DNA from: a virus
Lineage: Duplodnaviria; Caudoviricetes
Length of the DNA stretch: 64,000 nt
IMG/VR virus record: IMGVR_UViG_3300015214_000026
Span: 64,001-128,000 of that record
Reading direction: 5' to 3' (one strand)
In this document: piece by piece, positions 18,571 through 27,027 of the stretch
Layout of the letters: every line of letters starts with the position of its first letter
Position numbering within the stretch: the stretch's first letter is position 1
Translations under genes and position numbers: made by a program
The notes under the pieces: generated by a model
The model's database searches: none
Told to the model about the DNA's origin: nothing
Seen by the model: only the letters and a program-made list of their open reading frames with translations

Positions 18571-19020
18571 ATGTATAAATCTGTTTGGGTTATATTAACT
18601 GTAGGTGATGAGGTTCTTTTACTTAAACGAGGTAAAAAGTCTAACAATCCAAATCTATGGAATTTTCCCGGCGGCGGCGTAGAAAAGAATGAAGCCATAA
18701 AGACTTCCGCCGTTAGAGAAGTTTGGGAAGAAGCTGGAATCAGAATTAAAGAGTCTGATCTAGTATTCACTAAAAGAGAAGAAAAATCAAAAAGAATACT
18801 GTATTTTTATACAGTAGCGTTTGACAAGAAACCTACAGTAAAAATCAATAAAGAAAGCGCAAAATATAGATGGGTTAAATGGGAAGATTTTCCGATAAAT
18901 CTCCATAAACCTACTAGATTTTTCTATAAAAACAAAATAAAGAAGGCTGAAAAAGCTTCAATTGGCTCCGCTTTAACAAATCTTGTTAATAAGGCCTTAG
19001 AAGTAGCTAAGAAAAAATAA
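18571..19020 (+). CDS. Nudix hydrolase
   Basis: Nudix box GGGVEKNEAIKTSAVREVWEEAGI. Confidence 0.92.
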   Translation: MYKSVWVILTVGDEVLLLKRGKKSNNPNLWNFPGGGVEKNEAIKTSAVREVWEEAGIRIKESDLVFTKREEKSKRILYFYTVAFDKKPTVKINKESAKYRWVKWEDFPINLHKPTRFFYKNKIKKAEKASIGSALTNLVNKALEVAKKK

Positions 19021-19044
19021 AATAAATAACGAAAGGAAATTAAT

Positions 19045-19659
19045 ATGCCCAATGTGGTATTTCTTACTGGTAGTTCGGGAGTGGGTAAATCTTCATTAGC
19101 TGAATTGCTTTTTCGCAAACATGGTTTTTATATTGAAGCTTTATCAGCTAGAACACCAAGGGCCTTAATTAATAACCCTAATTTTGAAATACTAGAGAAA
19201 TTTCCACATAAGGGAATGGCTCATCAAGAGCTTGTTTATACATTTTTTGAAGAATATATAGCTTCTAAATTAGCGTATATCGATAATCTAAATATAGATG
19301 CTAATTATCTATTTGAGAGAGATTTAATAGACGTAGTAGGTTATTCCTACGCATTCTCTAAACAATGGACTTGGCATGATTATACAGCTTGGCTGGATTT
19401 TCAGCTTTGTTCTGTAAGAATGTTTAGAGCTAGAATGAAATTGAAGTATACAAACATTAATTTCTTTTATGTATACGTACCTATTAATGAAACAGTTCCG
19501 TATGAAGCTATAGAAGCAAGACCTAGTAAAAATATTCGTAATCTTTGCGATGAATTTATCAAATTGTCCGATACCTTTGATATAGCGTTAATACCCTCTA
19601 ATATAGAAACTTACGCAAACGAAATAGTGGTTAATGTATCAAATCCTAATATTTTATAG
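19045..19659 (+). CDS. P-loop nucleotide kinase-like protein (AAA_28/NadR- or thymidylate-kinase-like)
   Basis: Walker A GSSGVGKS; FERDLIDVVGYS (ER..D motif). Confidence 0.75.
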   Translation: MPNVVFLTGSSGVGKSSLAELLFRKHGFYIEALSARTPRALINNPNFEILEKFPHKGMAHQELVYTFFEEYIASKLAYIDNLNIDANYLFERDLIDVVGYSYAFSKQWTWHDYTAWLDFQLCSVRMFRARMKLKYTNINFFYVYVPINETVPYEAIEARPSKNIRNLCDEFIKLSDTFDIALIPSNIETYANEIVVNVSNPNIL

Positions 19660-19912
19660 AATATCTGATCTTCTCATCCGCATTTAAAGTAGCGGATAAA
19701 TAAATATCACTATATTTAGGTATAGCTTCATCAGTATAAATATTATTGATAAGCAATGATTTCCACGGGGTGTTACCTGATTTATAAAAAACATAAACAG
19801 GCACATCATTATAAATTAGCTCTATAGAAACTTTATCTAAGGTAGACACAATTGGGGATTTAACAACTTCCCTGTGTTGTGTTCTGCCTTTTATTTCACC
19901 AAAAACTTCCAT
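19646..19912 (-). CDS. Hypothetical protein (last gene of the minus-strand arm)
   Basis: Converges on and overlaps the kinase 3' end. Confidence 0.65.
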   Translation of the reverse strand: MEVFGEIKGRTQHREVVKSPIVSTLDKVSIELIYNDVPVYVFYKSGNTPWKSLLINNIYTDEAIPKYSDIYLSATLNADEKIRYSIKY

Positions 19913-19935
19913 GGCTTTATCACTTAAATTTATAA

Positions 19936-20541
19936 TTATTTATATGGAATGGGCTTACCCATGGAATTTAATTCAAACTTAGACGCTTCTTTAACATACT
20001 TCTCGTCGTCATTAACTATAACTCGTAAACTAGCTAAATAGCTAGACGCACTATCCCAAGCCATATATCCAACAGTTACCGCTGCGCGTTTAGCTAACCA
20101 TTGAGCGCGGTTGTACACAACCAGCTTTTCATGTGCTTGGGCATATTTTTCTAATAAAATACCAATTTTAGCTCTATAGTCTCGTATAGTTTTATTTTTA
20201 AATTTACCTTTTTCTTTAAAATATTCAAAATTATTCTCAATATTTTGATGAAATTCCCTTTCAAAACCATAAGAACTATTAAGCCATTTATATGTCTTAT
20301 GGACCTTATCATACACCATATCATGACCTAATTCATTATTAGTAGGTAAGCGATCATTAGGTGTATGTTTAACAAGGTGCGTCATTCTATGAGTTATATC
20401 GCCTACATGCTCGACTAACGGGTTTAGTACGCCTCCACCCATCAAGAATTGAATATCAAGCATACGTTGTTCTGGTTCACCCCGCTGATCGTCACCTAGT
20501 TTAACAAAAGCTTTCTTAACAGATTCAGGAAAAATATTCAT
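19936..20541 (-). CDS. Hypothetical protein
   Basis: 201-aa ORF, ATGA-coupled to the PLA2-like gene. Confidence 0.8.
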   Translation of the reverse strand: MNIFPESVKKAFVKLGDDQRGEPEQRMLDIQFLMGGGVLNPLVEHVGDITHRMTHLVKHTPNDRLPTNNELGHDMVYDKVHKTYKWLNSSYGFEREFHQNIENNFEYFKEKGKFKNKTIRDYRAKIGILLEKYAQAHEKLVVYNRAQWLAKRAAVTVGYMAWDSASSYLASLRVIVNDDEKYVKEASKFELNSMGKPIPYK

Positions 20542-20885
20542 TTTGTTTTCTTCTTAAGCTTTCTATTAAAATATGTAGATATGGCCTTGCTGGCGATCTT
20601 TTGACGTCCGTTTAATTTACCAGAAGCCTGTGATTTACGTACACTATTAACTAGACGCCTATCACAAACACGTTTATTTTCTCCAGAATGATAGCATATA
20701 TCGTGACGCTTACAAGCAGAATCGATACGATCTATAGGCTTACCACCTTGATTACCCTTACCACAGTAATTTCCATATATTTTATGAAATTTCTTGGTTT
20801 TAGGTAAAGATATTTTATTTCGTTTCTTTAACGAATCACTTATCTTCTTTCGTGTAGCAGCACTATGCTTGGAGCCTTTTCTCAC
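20538..20885 (-). CDS. Phospholipase A2-like protein with basic NUMOD3-like N-terminus
   Basis: YGNYCGKG (Ca-loop) and D..DSACKRHDICY (catalytic HD), then CD; N-terminus KHSAATRKKISDSLK. Confidence 0.8.
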   Translation of the reverse strand: MRKGSKHSAATRKKISDSLKKRNKISLPKTKKFHKIYGNYCGKGNQGGKPIDRIDSACKRHDICYHSGENKRVCDRRLVNSVRKSQASGKLNGRQKIASKAISTYFNRKLKKKTK

Positions 20886-20896
20886 TTATACCTCTA

Positions 20897-21172
20897 TTAA
20901 CCAATAAATACGTCTGGTGAACCTTCTGCTCTCGAATGTCCACAAGAATCCGCGTCGCCTTTACGATTTATACTTATATTCTCAGCGAATACCGTAGTTG
21001 AGCCATTAGCGGTAACAGTACCTGTATGCGGCGGAATGAATGGTGGATGCGGAGTTACAGGACTACCATTTACCGATATTAATATATTATTAGCGTATAC
21101 CGTAGACTGTAGTGAAGAAGACACTACACCGCCTGCGTCATTAGCATCACCTATTCGATGACATTGCGGCAT
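20897..21172 (-). CDS. PAAR-family tail spike tip protein
   Basis: HRIGD, PH...PH, GSTTVFAEN....R.GD..SCGH...GSPDVFIG. Confidence 0.92.
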   Translation of the reverse strand: MPQCHRIGDANDAGGVVSSSLQSTVYANNILISVNGSPVTPHPPFIPPHTGTVTANGSTTVFAENISINRKGDADSCGHSRAEGSPDVFIG

Positions 21173-21174
21173 AA

Positions 21175-21441
21175 TTACTCACCAAAAAGAGCGATAAATA
21201 ACTTATTTCGTAGGCCTGTAGGTACATTATTATACTGAACATACGCTTTATAAGAAGCGGACAGGTTCTTATAGTCAGTCTTAGCAGTTTCACGAATAGC
21301 GTGACAGGCTTTCTCTATAAATTTTTCCTCAATATTTTCTAATTTTCTAGACCTAGTAGAATTATTGGATATAGGAGTTTCAGAAGCGGTCTTTATAGCG
21401 GCAGACTCTAATGCTTTCTGAACAATGGTTTCTAAAGACAT
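21175..21441 (-). CDS. Hypothetical protein, possibly head-internal
   Basis: SD GAGGA; N-terminal LETIVQKAL motif shared with the prohead protease. Confidence 0.7.
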   Translation of the reverse strand: MSLETIVQKALESAAIKTASETPISNNSTRSRKLENIEEKFIEKACHAIRETAKTDYKNLSASYKAYVQYNNVPTGLRNKLFIALFGE

Positions 21442-21459
21442 TTTAGCTATCCTCTTTTA

Positions 21460-21831
21460 TTATCTAGTTAATTTATTAATAAGCCCATTACGTTGAGTGC
21501 GTTGGCTGTTATACCAATTTGTGCATCTACGTATAGTATTATTGGCGGATAATAAAGCGATATCCGCCTTATCCAAGGCTATATCTAATCTATCACCCTT
21601 CTTTATATTAGAATTAACAGTTTTTGAACATGACGCTGGATAAGGAGGTAATTTTAAAGCTTCCTTTACTCGATTATCCGCTATAACAGTCTGTTTATCT
21701 AATTGTTTTCCAGTTTCTTCTGCTATCTTAGCCCCCGCTAACCTATCTGCAGCATTATTGGTTCCGCATCCTGTTAAGAATAGACTCATCAACAACACAG
21801 GCATCAGGAGGAGGTTGATCCGATAGTTCAT
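21460..21831 (-). CDS. Outer-membrane spanin (Rz1-like lipoprotein)
   Basis: Lipobox LFLTG-C; Pro-rich LPPYPASC; overlaps the i-spanin 3' end. Confidence 0.8.
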   Translation of the reverse strand: MNYRINLLLMPVLLMSLFLTGCGTNNAADRLAGAKIAEETGKQLDKQTVIADNRVKEALKLPPYPASCSKTVNSNIKKGDRLDIALDKADIALLSANNTIRRCTNWYNSQRTQRNGLINKLTR

Positions 21832-22189
21832 CTAATTTTTCCAATGCTTCCTTGAGTTCTTGTTCGTCTTTCTCAATCTGCTCTTCTAATTCACGTACTA
21901 TTCTGGATTCTATTTCCATCAAAATACGTTGTTCTTCTAATTGTTTTTCTTGTTCTGCTAATAGTTTCTCATTATTGATTATTATAGCTTCCAAAGCCTG
22001 AATTTCTGCCTTAGCAGTTATTTCCACAATAGTTTTTCTTATAGCTTCAGCTACAGCTGTATCTTTCATATAGATACCTATAACTATAGCAGCTATAATA
22101 AGACCTAATGGAATTTTTATAGGAAACTTAAATATAGCGTAAAGGGTAGAAAGTAACCCTTTGCCCATAGACAATAAAATTGGAATCAC
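21755..22189 (-). CDS. Inner-membrane spanin (Rz-like)
   Basis: N-terminal TM, long coiled coil, C-terminal Cys; follows the endolysin. Confidence 0.8.
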   Translation of the reverse strand: MIPILLSMGKGLLSTLYAIFKFPIKIPLGLIIAAIVIGIYMKDTAVAEAIRKTIVEITAKAEIQALEAIIINNEKLLAEQEKQLEEQRILMEIESRIVRELEEQIEKDEQELKEALEKLDELSDQPPPDACVVDESILNRMRNQ

Positions 22190-22208
22190 TTTCTACCCTC
22201 CAATATGA

Positions 22209-23459
22209 TTAAGAAAACATACGCTGTAATTCTTCAGCTTTAGTTTTCAATTCATCTACGCCCTTCTTAGCGGTATTGAGATTCTTTACATACGATACAA
22301 CAAGAATTAGAATCATACCAATAAGAATAAGTAACGCTATCTGTACCATAGGATCAAGCTGTAAGAAAGCTTCTACGCCGCTCTGTAAGAAAGCTACAGT
22401 AGAGGCTATAACCCCCATGATAGTAGTCCACAGAGTCTTATTCTGCGTAACCGGCTTATCAAGCTCTTCAAGAGTTTCAGGAACTTCCTGAACTACTACT
22501 TCTTCTATAACTTCTGCCGGCTTTTCCTCAAGAACTACTTCAATTGGTGCTTTGATAACGGTTTCTATCGTATCCAATGTGTTATCAATAGCTTCTCTTG
22601 TTTCCTTACCAATAACACCATCTACTTTAAGATAACCAGTAGATTTCTGGAAAGCTTTGGTAGCTTTAACGGTTTTTGGACCGTTCCATCCATCCGCCTT
22701 ACCAACACTTAGAGATTTATCATTACGATACTCTGAAATCTTATTAAGCTTTTCCTGATAAATAAGAAGAGTAGTATCGGGTTCAGCTGCGGGTTTCTTA
22801 GTAACCGGAGCGGGAGCGGCCTTACCTAGAACCTTCTTAGCTCTGTTAACATAGATAACTCGATCATTAATACCGTTTAAGCCACCATTAATAGCTTTAG
22901 TGGCAGCTCTAATATCGCCAGCTTTGAGATATACTTTCTTAGTATACCAATACCAAACGGCAGACCAGAACGCCCATGGAAATTGCTCAACTAATTCGGG
23001 ATTTTTGACAAAATCCGGACAATTAGGGATAATTGTACGCATCCACTTGGTAAATTCCGTGTAATTGGCTTTACCAGTGATTTGTTTAATACCACGACCT
23101 ATATACAACCAACCGTCATTAGGACCAGTATTACCTAAGCGACCGCCATAAGTATGATTAGCTAATTTCTGTGGGTTATTAGCATAAGGACTAGCTGCCG
23201 CAATATTTTTGTAACGATTAGGCCATACAGCTGTAAGTCTCTTAGCTGAATAATTTAGATTCTCTTTAAGAGTAGTGAAGCCACCAGATTCTAGAGCCGT
23301 CTGCCCTAAAAATTGGGTTATTTCTTCAAAAGACGTAGTAATACGGTATTTTTCACCATGCTCATTAATAAGATAAGCTAATTGAGTGGCTATTGAAGTA
23401 TTAGCTTTACCCTTCGATATCTCAATTAATTGTTGTGGTGTAACTTTATATTTAGACAT
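22209..23459 (-). CDS. Endolysin: GH19 catalytic domain, PG-binding domain and two C-terminal TM helices
   Basis: FLGQTALESGG, YIGRGIKQITGKANY, TKAINGG.NG..DR; DG..GPKT..A..FQ..L.VDG.IG..T; hydrophobic C-terminus. Confidence 0.9.
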   Translation of the reverse strand: MSKYKVTPQQLIEISKGKANTSIATQLAYLINEHGEKYRITTSFEEITQFLGQTALESGGFTTLKENLNYSAKRLTAVWPNRYKNIAAASPYANNPQKLANHTYGGRLGNTGPNDGWLYIGRGIKQITGKANYTEFTKWMRTIIPNCPDFVKNPELVEQFPWAFWSAVWYWYTKKVYLKAGDIRAATKAINGGLNGINDRVIYVNRAKKVLGKAAPAPVTKKPAAEPDTTLLIYQEKLNKISEYRNDKSLSVGKADGWNGPKTVKATKAFQKSTGYLKVDGVIGKETREAIDNTLDTIETVIKAPIEVVLEEKPAEVIEEVVVQEVPETLEELDKPVTQNKTLWTTIMGVIASTVAFLQSGVEAFLQLDPMVQIALLILIGMILILVVSYVKNLNTAKKGVDELKTKAEELQRMFS

Positions 23460-23470
23460 ACTATTTCCTT

Positions 23471-23496
23471 TAATTACTTACTATAATTACTTACTA
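23471..23496. repeat. Tandem 13-bp direct repeat upstream of the endolysin
   Basis: TAATTACTTACTA x2 (23471-23483, 23484-23496). Confidence 0.7.
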
Positions 23497-24489
23497 TATA
23501 TCATGTATAATTAATCTTCCTGTAGAACCGCTACCTGAGCCTGATAAACCTCCGTCTCCAGCACCGTCCCTTCTAAAATAATCAGCATTACCGGGAGTAC
23601 GCCGATTACCTGTGTCTAACCATGCGCTAGTAACTAAACTACTATGGACGTATCCCGATCCGCCACCGCCACCGCTTCTATTTCCGCTGTTACCATCTCC
23701 GCCACCGCCGCCGTAATATCCATTACCTCCTCCACCAGACCCAGTACCACCTTTACCTGCTACTAAGGCACCACCGCCGGTGCCTCCATTATTAGGAGTA
23801 AACGGTGGCTCTCCTGCCCATCCTACGTTACCGCCCGCTGTTTGTGTTCCAGGATAACCTCCCCAATTACCACCGCCGCGCTGACCGCTGGATCCCCCAC
23901 CAGCTCCGGGACCGCCATTGACTCCTCCACCACCACCACCACCGGCTATTGCTATAGCGTTGGCTTGAGAAACCGAATTAGAGAAAATCCCTACTAACCC
24001 ACCACCCTGTCCAGCGTTTGTGTTACCGGGTTGACCACCACCATAAGGTTCCTGATAAATCGTGGATGAAAATACACCGGGAGCTCCTACTACTAATACA
24101 TATTGATTACCATCTACTAATGTAAAATTACCCCAAGCGAAACCACCACCCCCACCATGATTATTGTTAGAGGCCGCACCACCGGACCCCCATAAGTTAA
24201 AGCCGACATTCACGTTACTTATAGGTGTAATATACCATATTCCAGGCGTGTTTAAATTAAGTAATCCGTCTGTAGAAAGATTCCAAAAAGTTTTACCACT
24301 AACCGCTGGTGATATATTGAAAGCTTTCAAGGACTTACCATAAAAATCCGAAAAAGAAATAGCACCGCTTGGCTTATTAGCTAAGGATCGCACTAAACTA
24401 TCATTCATAGAAAATGGGTCTGTAGACGCTCGACCTATTTCAATATTTATCATTGAAGCCGTGATATTTCCAGAAACCGGAAGAGCCAT
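23494..24489 (-). CDS. Glycine-rich tail fibre adhesin (gp38-like architecture)
   Basis: N-terminal attachment motif MALP.SG.I...ISFSDFYGKS; polyglycine runs. Confidence 0.75.
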   Translation of the reverse strand: MALPVSGNITASMINIEIGRASTDPFSMNDSLVRSLANKPSGAISFSDFYGKSLKAFNISPAVSGKTFWNLSTDGLLNLNTPGIWYITPISNVNVGFNLWGSGGAASNNNHGGGGGFAWGNFTLVDGNQYVLVVGAPGVFSSTIYQEPYGGGQPGNTNAGQGGGLVGIFSNSVSQANAIAIAGGGGGGGVNGGPGAGGGSSGQRGGGNWGGYPGTQTAGGNVGWAGEPPFTPNNGGTGGGALVAGKGGTGSGGGGNGYYGGGGGDGNSGNRSGGGGGSGYVHSSLVTSAWLDTGNRRTPGNADYFRRDGAGDGGLSGSGSGSTGRLIIHDI

Positions 24490-26471
24490 TATTTGATCCT
24501 CTTGAGAGTTTCCACTTCGGCCTTCAGCTCCTTTATCGCCTCTATCAGAACTCCAACGAGGTTCCCATAAGAAACTGTTAGGTACTCTCCGGACTTTCCG
24601 ACGACCTCCGGGATCACCTTCTGTACTTCTTGGGCTATTACGCCAACTCCCCTCTTGTCATCCTTGGTGTAGTAGACTCCTCTGAGGTTGGATACCTTAT
24701 CCAAGGCGCTCTCTATGGTCTCGACGTTGGACTTTAGTTGCCCGTCGGAGTAAGCACCGACGTCGCCAGTAGCAGTTATGTTTCCTGTCACTGATAGGGC
24801 TGTCGTCGACAACTCCATCCTAGTTGTGCCGGTAGAAACCGAGGTCGAACCAGTTCTCCACCTAAAATTGGAGGCGGACCAATGAGTTAAGGTGGTAGAT
24901 TCTATTCCTACGCCGTAGGTATTACTGTAGTACCTAATTTTATCAGTTGCTTCATTACTGAACTGTACTACGGCGTTGGCGCCCATAGTTCCACCAGATA
25001 ACTGTAAATATCTAGCGTCTTGTTCTGCCTGAGCTAGTTGAAGCTTATACCAACCAGTCCATGTACCATTTTTTCTATGTCTACGGTAGGCTACAGTATT
25101 AGTGTCTGAAGCGTCAGTAAAAGAATGAACAGTTTGAGTTACCCACAAACTAGGAATATGTGTTTCGACGTTGCCGATAAACCAAATACTCGGAAGTGGG
25201 GCGTTTGTAGCATCAGACCCCATGTACCAACCATTTTCTATAGCGTCGTCCCAACTAGTAATACCATAACCAGCTGGGCCTAATCTGTAGGAAGTAACAG
25301 GAGTTAGGGCGGCGGTTAATCCGCTAACTGTGGATATCGCCTGAGAGCCTGTATGATTAGCTCTATTAAGAAGGTAGGCGTCTGTTTGGTTTGCGGTCGC
25401 AGCTGTAGCTATACCATTGAGTTTAATTTTATCAGTGGAAGACATAAGACCGTTAGCGGACGTTGTAGCTATTCCCGCTGAAACCTGTTCTGTCCAAGCT
25501 CCCCACACAGTTGAGCTAGTAGCTCTTCGAATCCATCTATTACCTGTTGATCCTGTCAATATTTGATAACAATAAACATAGTCAGAACTTGATAAAGTAT
25601 AGCCTTCAACAGTACCATATCCTACACCCACAACAGAAGTCCAAGAGGCTGGAAATTGGATAGGCCCACCAGTAGAAGTAGCTAATCTATAAAAACCAAT
25701 ATGGTTTAAAGCGGTATAAAAAGCAGCTGGCGTAAGATCACCACCAGATATGTCTAAAGTAATAATAGGCTGGCCACCACCTTGAGTTTGAGGTAGTTTT
25801 CCGTTACTATCTAACGAGGCGATACCATTAGCAATGCCTATAGATGCGGTATTAGCTTTTGAATTTAAAGCCGCCTGTAATCCGTCTACAGTAGAGATAG
25901 CTTGCGTATTAGTATGATTTCCTCTATCTAATAGGTAAGAATTGGATTGGTTATTTGTAGCCCCTGTAGCTATTCCATTAAGTTTAGTCTTATCCGCAGC
26001 AGACATAAAACCACTTACAGAAGTGGTAGCATTATCATGAATATGATCGCCAGCGGCTACATTTCCAGAATCAAGGCCTATAGATGCAAAGGCAGCATTA
26101 CCTAGACTAGGCTTATTTAGTATTTGAGCAGGACCAGATATAGCTTCCCAATCAGGATTAACTAAATCAGGTGTTAACGGTCCAGTAGTTACATCATAGC
26201 TAGTTAAATCTTCATATGTAAATCTAATAGTAACTTCACCGTCTACAGAAGTGTCTATAACTTCTACATCGGTTAATCTCGCTGAAGATTCCGATACTAT
26301 TACCCAATAGTCTTCATCAGTAGGAGGAGTACCGAGCGGGGGAATCTCCACCGCTCGATAAGATGCCCCAAAATAGAATACTTCGTCCATTACCCGATAT
26401 TGTACATCAGGATCGTATCCGCCTCTATGATTTGGAACTATTTTACCTAAATTTTGAGTAATTTGTGACAT
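24489..26471 (-). CDS. Long tail fibre with C-terminal intramolecular chaperone (peptidase S74)
   Basis: YSDGQLKSNV, GVIAQEV..V.PEVV, V.YGNLVGVLIEAIKEL; internal DK.KLNGIA repeats. Confidence 0.9.
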   Translation of the reverse strand: MSQITQNLGKIVPNHRGGYDPDVQYRVMDEVFYFGASYRAVEIPPLGTPPTDEDYWVIVSESSARLTDVEVIDTSVDGEVTIRFTYEDLTSYDVTTGPLTPDLVNPDWEAISGPAQILNKPSLGNAAFASIGLDSGNVAAGDHIHDNATTSVSGFMSAADKTKLNGIATGATNNQSNSYLLDRGNHTNTQAISTVDGLQAALNSKANTASIGIANGIASLDSNGKLPQTQGGGQPIITLDISGGDLTPAAFYTALNHIGFYRLATSTGGPIQFPASWTSVVGVGYGTVEGYTLSSSDYVYCYQILTGSTGNRWIRRATSSTVWGAWTEQVSAGIATTSANGLMSSTDKIKLNGIATAATANQTDAYLLNRANHTGSQAISTVSGLTAALTPVTSYRLGPAGYGITSWDDAIENGWYMGSDATNAPLPSIWFIGNVETHIPSLWVTQTVHSFTDASDTNTVAYRRHRKNGTWTGWYKLQLAQAEQDARYLQLSGGTMGANAVVQFSNEATDKIRYYSNTYGVGIESTTLTHWSASNFRWRTGSTSVSTGTTRMELSTTALSVTGNITATGDVGAYSDGQLKSNVETIESALDKVSNLRGVYYTKDDKRGVGVIAQEVQKVIPEVVGKSGEYLTVSYGNLVGVLIEAIKELKAEVETLKRIK

Positions 26472-26492
26472 TATTAATATCTCGGTTTAAAA

Positions 26493-26627
26493 TCATGAAC
26501 GAAATGGATACATTCTACCCGCTGGAATAGGTTCAATTCTAGCTGATGAAAATACACTTTCATCAATATCTGGAGCATGGTATATCACGGCATCAGCACG
26601 CCCCTCATAGGGTAGCCTAATCCAAGC
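26493..26627 (-). pseudogene. Start-less 44-codon reading frame (gene remnant or frameshifted small gene)
   Basis: AWIRLPYEGRAD...RMYPFRS*; the nearest ATG (26629-26631) is 1 nt out of frame. Confidence 0.4.
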
Positions 26628-26643
26628 TCATGGCTGGTTGTTG

Positions 26644-27027
26644 CTACGCAGCCTCCCCGGTGACGTGCTGCAAGTCGTTTGCTGCTAACACAATATCAAA
26701 ATGGCCCATCATTTCTCCGGCGCCGCGAACATCGATGATCTGCGCTGCCAACACGTCAGCAACGTCCTGTGCTGTGACGCCGAACTCATCCAGTGGGAAA
26801 TCTGGCGGCAGGTGCCCATCGCCAGCTGCTGCCAGGATATAAACGAATTCCGGCTTTGCTGTTGTCCGGCAACCGTAGTGGGTGACGGTTTCGCCATCGC
26901 TGGACAGAGGCACGGAGAACGTATTGCCGGGCAGCACATCATGTCCAAGAGCACATGACAGGCGGTTCGCTTTGTCCTGTAGGTGTGCAGGCACGATCAG
27001 GACGATTGAGAGGTTCCAGTCGGTCAT
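26644..27027 (-). CDS. Hypothetical tail-associated protein (GC-rich island)
   Basis: ATGA coupling and SD GGAGGA. Confidence 0.8.
   Translation of the reverse strand: MTDWNLSIVLIVPAHLQDKANRLSCALGHDVLPGNTFSVPLSSDGETVTHYGCRTTAKPEFVYILAAAGDGHLPPDFPLDEFGVTAQDVADVLAAQIIDVRGAGEMMGHFDIVLAANDLQHVTGEAA

Noticed and set aside
12877-19659. 2-aminoadenine (Z) or 7-deazaguanine genome system
   Set aside because: No PurZ, DatZ, QueC/D/E, FolE or DpdA-like gene recognised in this window
23494-24200. CCA/CCG/CCT-rich low-complexity DNA resembling tandem repeats (also 30900-31550 and 39150-39850)
   Set aside because: Simply encodes polyglycine adhesin segments
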